Shown in pieces: positions 1 to 13,394 of a DNA stretch of 64,000 bases; the stretch's first letter is position 1; every line of letters starts with the position of its first letter. Position numbers and translations under genes: made by a program. Under the pieces are notes generated by a model. It was given only the letters and a program-made list of their open reading frames with translations. It had not been told where the DNA came from and made no database searches. This DNA comes from Octopus vulgaris (lineage: Eukaryota), in assembly GCA_951406725.2 (NCBI GenBank), contig OX597832.1, positions 67,518,001 to 67,582,000 on the forward strand, in the 5' to 3' direction.

Positions 1-451
1 GTCAAATGACTGAAACAATTAGAAGAGTAAAAGAGAGAGCTCGATATGAGCACCTATCTCTCACCTGGTCATAAAGTTTGAAACAGAAATTCTTTCTTTT
101 TTGTTCATTAGAACGTTATCCGTTTTCTAATGACTGATCTGATAGTCACAGTGAACCGTTGCATCCCACAAAATTTTGCTGTCTTCATTCTCAGCTAGTC
201 CTAGAAATTGGTCATACAATGTCTTTACTCTCTGTAGGCCGTAATATTCCAACGGATCATTCTTTCCGAAATTGCTGGCCTTGTGCGAAAATGTGAAATA
301 AATATTTTCCTTGTTTATGTATCCATGCTCATTCTTTCTTCCCTCTTGCCAGTTTATGACTCCAGCAACATACTAAGATGATGCTGCCGCCCATGAACTT
401 GAAGCTTGAATTTCACTCCATGAAGTCAAATTTGCGCGAAGCACCTGGTAC

Positions 452-561
452 TATCATCATCATCGTCGTCGTCATCGTCATCGTCATCACCAGCACCACC
501 ACCACCACAACACCACCACTACCACCACCACCACCACCACCGCCACCACCACCATCATCAC

Positions 562-597
<36 letters not shown>

Positions 598-624
598 CAT
601 CCTCATCATCATCATCATCATCAT
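452..624. repeat. Compound trinucleotide microsatellite (CAT/CGT/CAC)n
   Basis: Directly visible; explains the low-complexity ORFs at 378-675. Confidence 0.95.
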
Positions 625-1836
625 TCTCTTTTCTACCAGGCACTTCAAGTTTTTCGTAATTTCAGGAGCTTCCATGATTTCAGTCTCCTACATGCTATAT
701 ATTCTGCTTGACTTTTGTTTTAGCTTTCACTAAAATCAATTCAATTTGTACATTTTTATGAACCTTCACAAACACTATTCATCTCATTCTGCACTGAAAA
801 ATCAACATACTCATCCGATAGTTATTTTCGATAACAGTTTCTTGTTGATCATAATCTGCCTTTACTTTAAATTTAAATTTCCTGAGCATTAACACATTAA
901 ATTATGTTGCCTATTCTCAAATGTCCATAAACTGTTTATTACTTTTCTTACGCAAGATGATTGGCCCTGCGCTTAATACCTTACAATTGTAGTCGTTATT
1001 GCTTTTAAGAATTTTAAAAAAATGTTTCTGTTTCTTTATTTCTTACCTCACCCTATTTCAACCATTCTACGTGGTTTGTTATCTTAAAAGTAGATATCTG
1101 AAGGCTTTACATTTTTCTCTTTGTTTGTCTTGTTGTTACTCTAATTTACATTTTCATTCTTCTCACAGCATATGTTTTCGCCGTTGATATAGTTGGCGGT
1201 AACATAGACCTTACATTTCCTAATATACCGCTCTTTTTTCTATAACTGCCAAGGGCATTGTATCTGCAAGAGTGAGTACTTGTCGTTTCGCTATAAACAG
1301 TCTGTCACAACTGATTAACGATTGTAGCTTCATTAGGCAGTGCTAACGCCTGTCGCGTGTGTTTATCCCTTTCATCAACAATGTTATGCTTTTCCTTTGT
1401 CCATCGAAGGAATACTGAAGAAAATAAATCAATATTGATATTTACGAGTCCCGATGGTGTCGAATACTATCTGAACTGTAGTAGAATTAGCAACCAAACT
1501 TGGAGTCTCACCTAACTCTCTTAAAGAACACGTTGGACATTGTAGTCACCGAGATTTACAAAAGGATGGTGAGATGATCTGAGTTAGAACTCATTTGCAA
1601 ATTACTGTGCAGAATTAGGTTAGTTTGAAGCTAAACAACAATGTGTACTTATAAATGACAGATAATGAGGGAATCTATGTACGTCACGATGTGAGAATAT
1701 TAACTAAAGAACCCTTATGTTGCACTTAATGGTTATGATTGTGTCCCTCGATATTCTTCCTTCTAAATATGTCAGGTGACGAGAAAAACAATATCATCTA
1801 TATAAGCATCATTTCATGAAAGATACAAGTAACTGT

Positions 1837-2063
1837 TGTAGTGAAAATGGTACTCCGCTTCACACGTGACAAAGTGGCATGAGTGGTCAGTAGTAGTAGG
1901 ATCGTTGGACGAGCTCTCATTTTACGTCAGTGTCAGTCACGTGATATACATGAGTTCGAGCAGCCGTCGAGGTACACGTTTCAATGTCATTGTCTTACGG
2001 AGCTGTCAGCGATAGCACAAAAGACGAGTCAAAGATAATAAGACGCTGTATAGCGCCACAACA
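1837..2063 (+). mobile_element. Short LTR-like unit, copy 1
   Basis: Starts TGTAGTG and ends CACAACA (TG...CA, imperfect inverted termini); homologous to 2097-2345. Confidence 0.6.
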
Positions 2064-2096
2064 TATTACCCCTGCTAGAAAAAATAAAATGGGAGA

Positions 2097-2345
2097 TGTA
2101 GTGAAAATGGTACTCCCCTTTCCCACGTGACAAAGTAGTAAAATCAGACAGTTAGTCGTTGTAGGGGGTCATTAGTTGTAGCGTCGTTGTAGGAGTTCTC
2201 AGGTGGAGTCAGTGTCAGTTACGAGATATATACGAGTTCGAGTTACCGTCAAGGTAAACGTTTTAAGTCATTGTCTTGCAGAACTTATCAGCAAGAGCAC
2301 GATAGACGAATCGAGGATAATAAGACGCGGAATACCGCCACAACA
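2097..2345 (+). mobile_element. Short LTR-like unit, copy 2, with PPT-like tract upstream and PBS-like motif downstream
   Basis: TGTAGTG...CACAACA. Preceded by AGAAAAAATAAAATGGGAGA and followed after 6 nt by TGGCAACGAGAATG. Confidence 0.6.
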
Positions 2346-2924
2346 TAATAGTGGCAACGAGAATGTTACAGTTCCGACAATGACATACAATTGGACGAGG
2401 ATCCCACCTTATAGCAATAATATCAGACAAAACCAACACCACGATTGCACAAATATGCCAGACATATCAATTCAACGAGGATGTCACTGAGCCGTCTATC
2501 GAACTGGTAGAAATAGTAGTTAAATCCCTCTTAGATCACAACGTACATCTACATAAAATTCAATAAAATTATGAAATAAATTAACGCATGATATTCGAGT
2601 AGACTCACGTATGGAATACTTACTGATCGAAACATTCACAGCTGATTTCGCACTAAACAATAGAAATAACAACATCAGGGACAATAGAAAAGATACATTT
2701 CAGAATAATGACTCACATGCTGAAACGTAGCTAGTAAATAAAACCCCCTTCGTCATTATGTGTACGGGCCTCCGCAAAGATCAGCAAAAAGACGTAATTA
2801 CAAGTGTCTAAACAACAAGCTAAGTGCATGCCTATATTTATATATGTGTGCGTGTGTGTGTGTGCGAGTGCCAGTGTGCGTATATGTGAGCATGTGTCAG
2901 CGTAAAAATATATTTTATTTGTTA

Positions 2925-3331
2925 CTAGCAGTATCGCCCGGCGTTGCTCGGGTTTGTAAGGGAAATAACTATATAAGCATTTTTAGAGATGTAAAGTATA
3001 ATAGCCATCTCAATATGGCTAAACACAAAGGGGGGGGTGTTACTGTAGCTTTTTACGTTCTGAGATTTAATAATGAATTTTTTGAGAGTTACTTCCCTTA
3101 TATATGCCAAAAATGCATTAAAAATGGAAAAAATTGATGGTAAATTTTTTTTGAAATCGTAGACTCGTCGTAGACTCGTCGTAGACGCGCGCTAATACCC
3201 AGAAGGGCTCGATATAAATCACGACTATAAGATACCGGTTTTGGTTAAACTGCACCGCAAAATGTGGGAGTAGTTAGGAATCTAAATCGTAGGAGACAGA
3301 CAACACACAACCTCACTTTTATATATAAAGA
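2925..3331 (-). mobile_element. Non-autonomous Helitron-like element
   Basis: Minus strand begins TCTTTATATATAAA and ends CCCGAGCAACGCCGGG (hairpin)-CGATACTG-CTAG. Sits between A and T with no TSD. Confidence 0.8.
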
Positions 3332-3390
3332 TTTATGTTTTGGTTTATGTCTATCATTGTTTGAATTGCATGATAGTGGTTTCATCTCTA

Positions 3391-3500
<110 letters not shown>

Positions 3501-3507
3501 AGATAGA

Positions 3508-3933
3508 GGATCTTTTCGGTTTCAACGGCAGTTTTTAACATGATTTCTAGGTAACTAGAAAATTTTAAACTTAGTATACTGGTAGAATGTGTTTATAAAA
3601 CATATTTTTCTCTTGGCTTTATTGAGAAAATTCTATAGCTTCTAAGATAATTGTTGTTTTTTTCTTCAATTTCTGCAATTTCAACCAATCACTGACGTCC
3701 AGTGAGGTAAACAACATTCTGTGCCGTATGAATATGTCCCTCGTCTAAGAAACAGATTGGGTTTATTTACATTTCTGAAGAAAAAAAGATACCCTTCCCC
3801 CCATCTCTAACCCTAACTAACCCTAACCCTAAAATAGATTGAAATGCAATAGATCGATACTAGGGTCATAATTATGGGCGACAATTTCATATGACACCGC
3901 TAGGAAAAACTGCCGTTCAAACCGAAAAGATCC
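3508..3933. mobile_element. MITE with ~29-bp TIRs and 8-bp TSD (possibly Merlin-like)
   Basis: TIRs GGATCTTTTCGGTTTCAACGGCAGTTTTT / AAAAACTGCCGTTCAAACCGAAAAGATCC. GAGATAGA flanks both sides (3500-3507, 3934-3941). Confidence 0.8.
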
Positions 3934-3934
3934 G

Positions 3935-3984
<50 letters not shown>

Positions 3985-4349
3985 AGAAACAGAGACATGT
4001 ATATATTCATACACATACGCACATATAACTCCCCCTCTCTCTCTCTCTCTCCCTCCCTCTCTGAGCGTGTGCGACATTGTTTTCTGTAATGTTTCAACCT
4101 ACGAAATAAATTACGATGGTCCCGGTTGTAATGTACTATGTCGCAAACCTGTCAATTCGATGAACCCGAAAGAAACGCTCATAGATGACTGTAACAAATG
4201 GAGGAAAATATAATTATGTATCGTCTGAAAAGCAATCAGCCGATAGAATTTCAGTCGACGTAAGAAGTGGAAGGATTCAAAGACAAAATATTCAGTAGAA
4301 GATTATTGCGAAGCACGTTTGAACTCTCGCCATCCTCGCTTTAAACTAC

Positions 4350-5677
4350 TCTCTATATTATAATTCTGAAATGCAAAAAGTTTATTTGTCTGGTTTTGGC
4401 AATGTTAAAAGGTGTGGTTACTAGGGCAAAAAATGCACACTTTGACAAGTCTTCTCTCATTCTCTTATCAGCTTATCTTCCTCTGTCTCTCTCTCTTTCC
4501 TCCCTTCCTTCCACGTTCTATCTATAACGTCGTTTGACAGCGTCTACTATCTTTCCCCCAACGCCTTCGCCAGCGCCGTCATTCTCTCTCTCTCTACGTC
4601 TGTCTGCATTCATAGAGAGAATTATCATCGCCACCACGGCCACACAATCATGAGAACAAATATTATGAATCAGATATTTATTGGGATAATTTATATATGT
4701 GTGTGAGTTCTATATATAAATATGCATATATAATGTATATATATATAAAGTGTATATATATGTATTTTTATTTATATATATATATATTTATATATATATA
4801 TATATATATATATAATGTGTGCATTATGTTTTAAAAGTGCTGGCGAGTTTGCATGGCAACTATTTTTTCCTCAAATGAAAGGCGTGACCTCTAGGACAAA
4901 ATTCCTAATCTTATAAAATGTGGCCCGAGTAGACCCGAATGAAATCGGGTTATATTAACCAAAATGTGAAAAGAGGTCTAAATGGGGCTGGAAGGGGATT
5001 AAGATTTACACGACCGGATCTTTAGGAGTTCTCTGTTACATCAAGCTAAAAAATTTGCGCCAGCCTTTAAATCGTCAATGTGTTGCTGTCCATGAGGAAG
5101 AAGTTTTGAATGCTTGCCATGGTGAGACTGTCGTGAGAAAGAATCACTTCAAAACTTGGTGTTTAGGAATTTTCTTTTACATCAAGTTCAAAAGTTTACG
5201 CCAGCCGTTAAATTGCCATTTCGTTGCTGTACGTCGTTAAGAAATGGCAGCCATGGTGACTCTACTATACTCAGATTCTATCCCTTCAAACTTTTGTTTC
5301 CAAATTATTTTTTTTTTATTCAGCTCCCAAGTTCGTCTGTCCCTTTTAAATGTTAGTGTTTTGCTGTCTGCCTTGAAGCAGACATTTCCGTTGTCACTGC
5401 CTGATATTTATGATTGATCTTTCAAAATATTTTACTTTCTCAACTTACTCAAGATCATTAGTTGTTGATAAATGGGAGAGAGATAGATAGAGAAGGATAG
5501 AGAGTAAGAGAAAGCGAGGGAGAGTCCGAGAGAAATAAAGAGTAAGAGAGTGGGAAAGTGAGAGAAAAAGGAGAGAGAAACAAAGAGGGAGAATGTGGTG
5601 ATAAAAAGCAAAAAGGAAGCAACAGAAAGCAACAACCACACTGTTACCCGCTCGTCGAGCGGGTCACCTTAAGCTAT
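4350..5677 (+). mobile_element. Probable non-autonomous Helitron-like element
   Basis: 5' TCTCTATATTATAA. 3' hairpin ACCCGCTCG-T-CGAGCGGGT followed ~10 nt later by CTAT (degenerate CTAG). Internal diverged duplication at ~5020-5130 and ~5162-5262. Confidence 0.55.
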
Positions 5678-6189
5678 TTTATTATAATAATAAAATGTAT
5701 GAACATTCGTGAAGCTGAGAAAAGTTAGCAAAGCCCTAAATATTGTCCATATACACAGACCCAGATTGTTTACAAGATATATAACACTAACATCGCAGGT
5801 GACTCCAATGATTCATAGATACTATTCAAATTACAGCAAAAATTAAAGGATTCATAGCTACATTGTAAGTTTTCATCATTATATATGTCACTTATCCAAA
5901 CTCTGGCCTGATAATTTCCTTCTATTAGATTATAATACTGCCACGATACACATTACATTATAACTGTGGTATAAGAGTTGGGGAAGCAAGCTGGAGATCT
6001 TAAAATGACAGCAAACCTTTATGAAATTATGCATATTAACACTTGCATGACATAAATGAATAAGAATCCGCTTTCCTCGCAGATATTCTCTCCCTTCTTT
6101 TCGTTCTCTATCATGACAGATATTGATCAGGCCATAACAGCATTGAAAATCTCTCTCCCTCTCTCGTTCACTTGCTCTATCCATCTGTT

Positions 6190-6530
<341 letters not shown>

Positions 6531-8401
6531 CAGCCTATTTTTGATTAATTATTACAGAATGTTTTTTTCCTCACTTTATCTTTGACTTTCACACTTTCAG
6601 GTGCCCTTCTCTCACTCTCACCCATTTTTCTCTCCCCACATTCTCTACCCTCCTTCTCTCCCCTCATTCTCTCTCTTTCTCTACCTCTACTTCCCCATCG
6701 GTTAATGACAGTCTCCTCACAATCGACTTAACATAATTTCTATATTCTTACGTTATGCAATTTTTCCTAACACAACCTGAAATATTTCATAACTTCATAA
6801 TTTCGCAGCATTTCATTACTATAATTAAATTTCATTATCCGCAAATACACACAAACCTTTCTTTCTCTCTCTGTCTCTCTCGCTCTCTCTCTTTCTCACA
6901 CACATGCGCGCGCGCACACACGCATCGAAACTTATTATTCATTTCAAATTATTCCCTCAGCTCTCGAAATTTACATGTGCGTCGCTATGTTTATGAATTC
7001 CAATGTTGTTCGCCTGTAACAATATTTGCATGTTGTACCATTATACCTATACATTCTCATTAAATTTAAGCCAGATAGCAATATATTTACCTTCAGTGCT
7101 CATCTTGACATGAAATTTAACGGTCATATTTTCCACCCACCTCACCTCCCACTAACCGCTTACTTACAGATCTTACTTTTCCTTTTTTCCCTCTCTCGCT
7201 GTGTGTGCTCGGATTTGCATATACATCTATGTACGTGCGCGTGTGTGTTTATACACACAAACATATATGACTGCGTCGACTTAAAAGACACGGTAGCGAA
7301 ATCGCCCGCTTCCTCTCTTGTTCCCCTTCAGTTTATAGTTATATATTTCTCAAACCACACACACATACACACAGCACGTACATCTGAGCAGATAGATAAA
7401 CACACAAATATCGTTTCTCTCTCTCTCGCTCTCTCACGCGAACTCACACACTCACACTCACACACACACACACACGCACACACACTCTTTCTGCGATGAC
7501 TGTTCTTGAATCATATTATTGATCTTGCATACGATATTTAGAATTGAAATACAGGAACGCTATATTTCCCTTGACTTCTATCATAAACGGTAATGATAAA
7601 TATCTCCTAGATCATTAGGGTTCCATCATGTTCGTATTTACATAGGGTTTCATGTGGTTTTTCGCAGATCTGGCTTTCCTCTCCTTTTCACAAGTTTTGG
7701 CAGTTTGACTAAATGATCATGGCATGGCAAACTCATGAAATATTTTACTGAAGACAATAGTATAAAAACGGAAATATGTTCAACAACTGAAATCCAATTC
7801 GACTAAAATGGTTGACATTATTATAATTACCCCAGTCCTACTCTAAATCAGTAAACGCATGATCTGAGGAATTCTAGCCGTGACCATCACCTTGTTTTTC
7901 AGTGATTGTATATTTTAAAGTACGTTACCTAAACTGCTCTTCTTTCTACGTTAAGACAATATGTATGATTTCTTATAGTTTTCGGTGCTATTTCTCTTAT
8001 ATCTCACTTATTGTGATTTAATGCTTGTTAGTGGTATTTTCTAGGCAAACGTCAAGCCTGAACAACCCGAATTATGGTTTACGTGTAAAAATAGGCTCTA
8101 AGCGTAACGCAACTGGCGTTAGTTGTCAAATACAAGGAACATATAATCCAATGTGTATTTCTTCTTGGGAATAAAATTTAGTTTTTGCTTTCTACAAGGT
8201 CAAACGTAAATCAAGCTGTGGTTTAGCAGACTCCTCAGATGAATTGTGCAAGGGAAGTAGTAGAAAAGTTATATACATTTTGGTATATGGATATAAATAT
8301 ATATATATATATTTATATATGAGTGCATATATATATATATATATATACGTTTACATATTTGTTGTGCAAGATTTTTTATGTGAAGTCGTGTGTTGAAACA
8401 G

Positions 8402-8664
8402 ATATTATTATATTTCGGAATGATCATTTTGCCAGTTTAGCCAATAAAAACACACGCACTATATATTTGGTGTTACTTTGCTTCAGTGTTATTCATTTTT
8501 TACATTAATCTTAATCTTATGTGACGAAAGAACTCTGGCCGAAATACGATTAAGATTAATGTAAAAAATAAAAAAAACACTGAAGCAAAGTAACACCAAA
8601 TATATAGTGCGTGTGTTTTTATTGGCTAAACTGGCAAAATGACCATTCCGAAATATAATAATAT
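8402..8664. repeat. Long near-perfect inverted repeat (~120-bp arms, 23-bp spacer)
   Basis: 8402-8520 is the reverse complement of 8544-8664 with only a few mismatches. Confidence 0.9.
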
Positions 8665-8677
8665 GTATATATTTATA

Positions 8678-8736
<59 letters not shown>

Positions 8737-8814
8737 CTTTTATTCTTTTATTCGTTTCAGTCAAGAAGTGTGGTCATGCTGGAGCACAACTGTGGTTTTG
8801 CTCATTTCCTCCGG

Positions 8815-9080
8815 CTGTGTGGGGTTTCACATCACCAATACTATATGTACCTTTACCCTAGATGTTGGCTCGTTTGGTGTATAGGAGAGTTTAATTCGGC
8901 TACCCTCGTCTGTACATCATGCCAGGCCGTTGGTTGATCCGGTATTGTGGAGAGGAAGATCTCTAGTTCCTTTTTGAAAACATCTACGTTCACATTATGC
9001 AGATGTCTTAATTTTTTGCGAGGGCATTGAAGAGTGGTGGGACCTTGAACCCCAGTCAATTTCAGTATCTGGTCCTGAAC
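8815..9080 (-). mobile_element. CR1-like LINE 3' fragment
   Basis: ORF 8853-9140 contains LRHLHNVNVDVFKKELEIFLSTIPDQP...AELNSPIHQ, resembling a CR1 ORF2 C-terminus. Confidence 0.7.
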
Positions 9081-9897
9081 TGGATGGAATCCAGTTCTGA
9101 CATTTATATTACACTCAATGCCGAAAGTTTTGTGCATCAACAGGCATCGATTTCATGCATGCATCGTATATATACACATACACGTTTGCGTGCACGTCTG
9201 TGCACATGTAAGGGAAGACAGGAAACTTTCAAACATCATCTAAGCCTTGTTTTTTTTACTAAAGTATTTAGCACGTGTATGGTCCATTTCAAATAGACAT
9301 CACAATTTAAACCACTTATATTAAAAGATTTACCCAAACTAAAGGTTGTATGTGTACAGGGAGTGCCTATACGTTTATATTCATATGTTTGTGCGCATCT
9401 GTGTGTATCTTTGCTTGCTTGTGTATGCATGACTGCACGTGTCTCTGTGCACATTGAAGACGCTTCTCCATCTTTCCATGAGCATAGAGCTTCTGAACCT
9501 GCTTGTGTACTGAAAGACAGCACTACAAATGATATAGATGAGGGTATGGACTACTTCTTTATCGCTGGCAAAACAATTTTCTGTCCGTATAAACAAGAAA
9601 CAAAAGATTGAAGAGGTGTATTGGTCATCACTTGGAACCAAAATCATGATTGAAACCATCTTTCTCGATGCAGCAGGAAGGTTCAGCAACGTTTCTCACC
9701 TCATCAACAAACATGTGCTTATTACTGATCAGACACATTCTCGAGCATTGAAGGTAAATTATCATTTCGAAGAATATGAGATACAGTTTGGAAACGTACG
9801 TATACACACAAGTGCACACACACACACACATAAAACATATAAAGCAGATTTATGAGTTCGTGCATACGGCCGCGTTTATGTTCACGTCAGTGCGTAC

Positions 9898-10190
<293 letters not shown>

Positions 10191-10604
10191 TACGTATATA
10201 TAGATATAAAAACACAAAACAGAAACAGACACATGAAGCGACTCCCAAAGAAATGTATACACACAAGCAAACAACACACGCATATACTGTTTTCGTAAAC
10301 GTAACTATGTATACAAAGCCAACGATGGTGATTACTCATGAGACGGTGAGTATATTTACAGGAATTAAGATGAACGGCATCACGTGCAGTTACATACACA
10401 CACGTAGTCGTGTATCCTTATATGCATACACAAATACATTATCATGTACGTAGCTACGTATATATATATATATATATAGGCGTGTATGTGTAAACAGGCG
10501 TGTATATGTGCGTGAGTGGTTGTAAAAGTGTGTGAATGTGTGTGTTAATATATATTTTCCTACGTGCATTCACATCGATGATTCATTGTTAATCCAATGT
10601 TATC

Positions 10605-10770
10605 GTTACCCTTTAATCCTTCATGGTAATGCTGTGCACCTGGTGTCAAGGATTTTACACAAAGGATTATTATTCCAAGTCAAGGCAATGCTGTCAAATA
10701 CCTGAATATGTAATTAACAGTAGATGCTTCTATCACTTCCACAGGGCATCTGGCAACACAGCTTAGAGGC
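10605..10770 (+). mobile_element. Ancient CR1-like LINE 3' remnant
   Basis: Homologous in inverted orientation to 17095-17245; both retain a (P/S)EYVINSR-like translation. Confidence 0.5.
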
Positions 10771-11847
10771 AAGTTGCGGTTACATCCTTCTTGCATCATA
10801 ATAAAGTAACAACTTCTTGTGTATATGTGTTTGTTGATAATTTTCGTTTGTTCTTAATACATTATTTCTTCGCTACTGTTATGCTGGAGGAAGCAATGAA
10901 ATATTATTCCGAAACCTATTCTTAAGCTAGCAATACGATCTTTATATTATTCACCTAACATATAGAAATAGTTTACAACAGAGGTTTGTAAATATGTATG
11001 CATGCATGTATATATGTATACATGTATGTATCGATGTGTATGTGGAGGTGTTCATTTTTATTTGCAACCATTTTGAGAATCCTGAGGTACGTCCTCTAAG
11101 GTAAATATTAAAATCCTGTCACTAGAAATACAAATTGGGCAGTCAAATAACTTCTACATGTTTACGTCTAGGTCTGTACATCTTGGGATGGAAAAGTTGG
11201 GTAGCAATCCAAATCCACATATGTATGGGTGAATGTATGTATTCATGTAAGTACATATAAAATGTATGTGCATATATACATATACATATATATATATATA
11301 TATATATATGGATGGATATGCACAGACAGATTGGTCGATCGATAGACAGATACACACATATATTCATACATATATACATATATGCATCGATATACACATA
11401 TATGCATATATACACGCGCGCACACAGATACATAATCTATAATATAAACTGGACATGGGCGATCGTTGTATTCTTTTTGTTTTCAGATTCACAGCCAAAC
11501 GACTGGGTGAATACGCGTGAAAAATCGCACACATTTAGAGACGGCTGCATAGTTTGTATTTTTCCACAGCCCCCATAGTTACCGAGAAAATGGATTAATT
11601 TATTTTTCTAATGGAATTCCCCAGATTGTACCGCCATTAAACCAGTTGCTCACACAGTCGGCATATACCATTTCGCTAGCAACAAGCGGAGTACAGGATG
11701 ACAGTCAGTCAAAACTTTCGCTATGCTGTCTCTCTTCTTTCACATCTTTGTGGGGTTAGTAATCTTAATCGTTAGTTAGTTTCTCATTCAAACTACATAA
11801 TAGGTAGAATTGTCGGATTAAGACGGTAGGGTGTTTTGAGGACATTC

Positions 11848-11895
11848 TCACACACACACACACGCGCGCAAGCAAGCACGCACGCACGCACGCAT

Positions 11896-11981
<86 letters not shown>
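11848..11981. repeat. (CA)n microsatellite
   Basis: Directly visible. Confidence 0.97.
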
Positions 11982-11984
<3 letters not shown>

Positions 11985-12305
11985 CATTTCATATATTTTC
12001 TTTCAATTTCTACTCTCTGCAACTACAATTTTTACGGATACAACTGCTTACAAAAATAGCGATTAATATATAATTTCTTTCTATGTTCATGATTAAATAT
12101 ATGTTTTAATGATTAGACAGAGATCCAATAGAATAGATTTCAGAAACAGATTAAATACACATTCGTTCTTCACAACTCCAGAAGCTGTTTTCTGACAGGG
12201 GGGAAGGAAATTTTCATACAGCTGGAGGCTCCAAAGGAAACAGGAGACCCGGCAAACGATCACAGCCACATCATCCAAACAGAGTGAAACCGGGCTTAGT
12301 TGCTA

Positions 12306-12355
<50 letters not shown>

Positions 12356-12727
12356 ATATAGATAATGCAAATGAAGCTAAATTGATTAATTTTATTATTT
12401 AAGGTTTATTAACACCCTTTATATCAATAATTTGATAAACACAAATTGAAGAGCTCAAAACGTATAGAGTTGTCTCCCCTTATTCACAACACAGGAACTG
12501 AAGAACTACAATTACTACTACTTCCTGTTTTGCCAACACCCTTAATTAAACTAAACAACACATGGCTTTAATCCCATTGGATCCTAATACTTCAAGGTAA
12601 TTTTTTCGTGAACAATCATTAAACTCAAGATACACAAAGACTTCACAATGTATCGGAGTACTTATTTTTTAATTTTTGTACATATTTATCATTATTTTTT
12701 TGCAAAAAACAATGCAATTTTCCTTTA

Positions 12728-12771
12728 CAATTCTTGACAAGTCATATTATGACGAAAACCGGTTTGAATTA
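12728..12771 (+). ncRNA. Minimal type I hammerhead ribozyme motif (U3-A8 variant) in a Penelope-type remnant
   Basis: AATTC-TTGACAA-GTCA(TATTA)TGAC-GAAA-ACCGG-TTT-GAATT. All three stems can form and stem III is palindromic. Confidence 0.65.
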
Positions 12772-12980
12772 ATATATATTTATATATTTTATCAATTTTT
12801 CAAAGACTTTTTCCATACACCCATTTACATTAAAATTTTCTTTCAATTTAACATTCTGCATTTTTACAATTTTTCCTTGCTATATATATATATATATATA
12901 GTATATATATATATATATATATAGTATAGTATAGGAAAGAATGGAGCTGAACGAAGATTTAACAAAGTTCTTTTATTTTA

Positions 12981-13066
12981 TTTTTGACATATGTTTCGAA
13001 GTCTGCAAAATCCCTAATTCCGAATGAATAAGGTGTCCATTATGCAGCTTTCTCTTCAGGAAAAAC
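12981..13066 (-). ncRNA. Type I hammerhead ribozyme motif in a Penelope-type remnant
   Basis: Minus strand CTGAAGA-GAAAGCTGCA...TGCAGACTTC-GAAAC-ATAT-GTC, with palindromic stem III and a GUC cleavage triplet. Confidence 0.65.
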
Positions 13067-13362
13067 CAGGAACTTAATTCTCCAACAAAATGCACAACAG
13101 GTTTTTCGATGACTGCTCACTAGGAGCCCATAGAGATAATGATAAATAGTGTCTATTTATAGAGGGTGACGCCAGATTGGTTGAAAGTAGGAGAAAATGC
13201 CAGTTAAAATAGTTCAAGAGTTCAATCAAGGTTGCTGAAGGAAGGTAAAGGAAAACTAAAGTGAGGGAATGTATTCTGTATGACTGGTGTTTATATTTGA
13301 TTTATTTTATGAATGAGTGCTCGTATGTATGAGTGTGTAAATTTGCCTTAATGTGTGTGAGT

Positions 13363-13394
<32 letters not shown>

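Noticed and set aside
378-675. Poly-T/P/S and poly-D/G ORFs
   Set aside because: Translations of a trinucleotide microsatellite with no domain or splice context.
3800-3835. Telomeric repeat or chromosome end
   Set aside because: Only about three imperfect units, and they lie inside a MITE.
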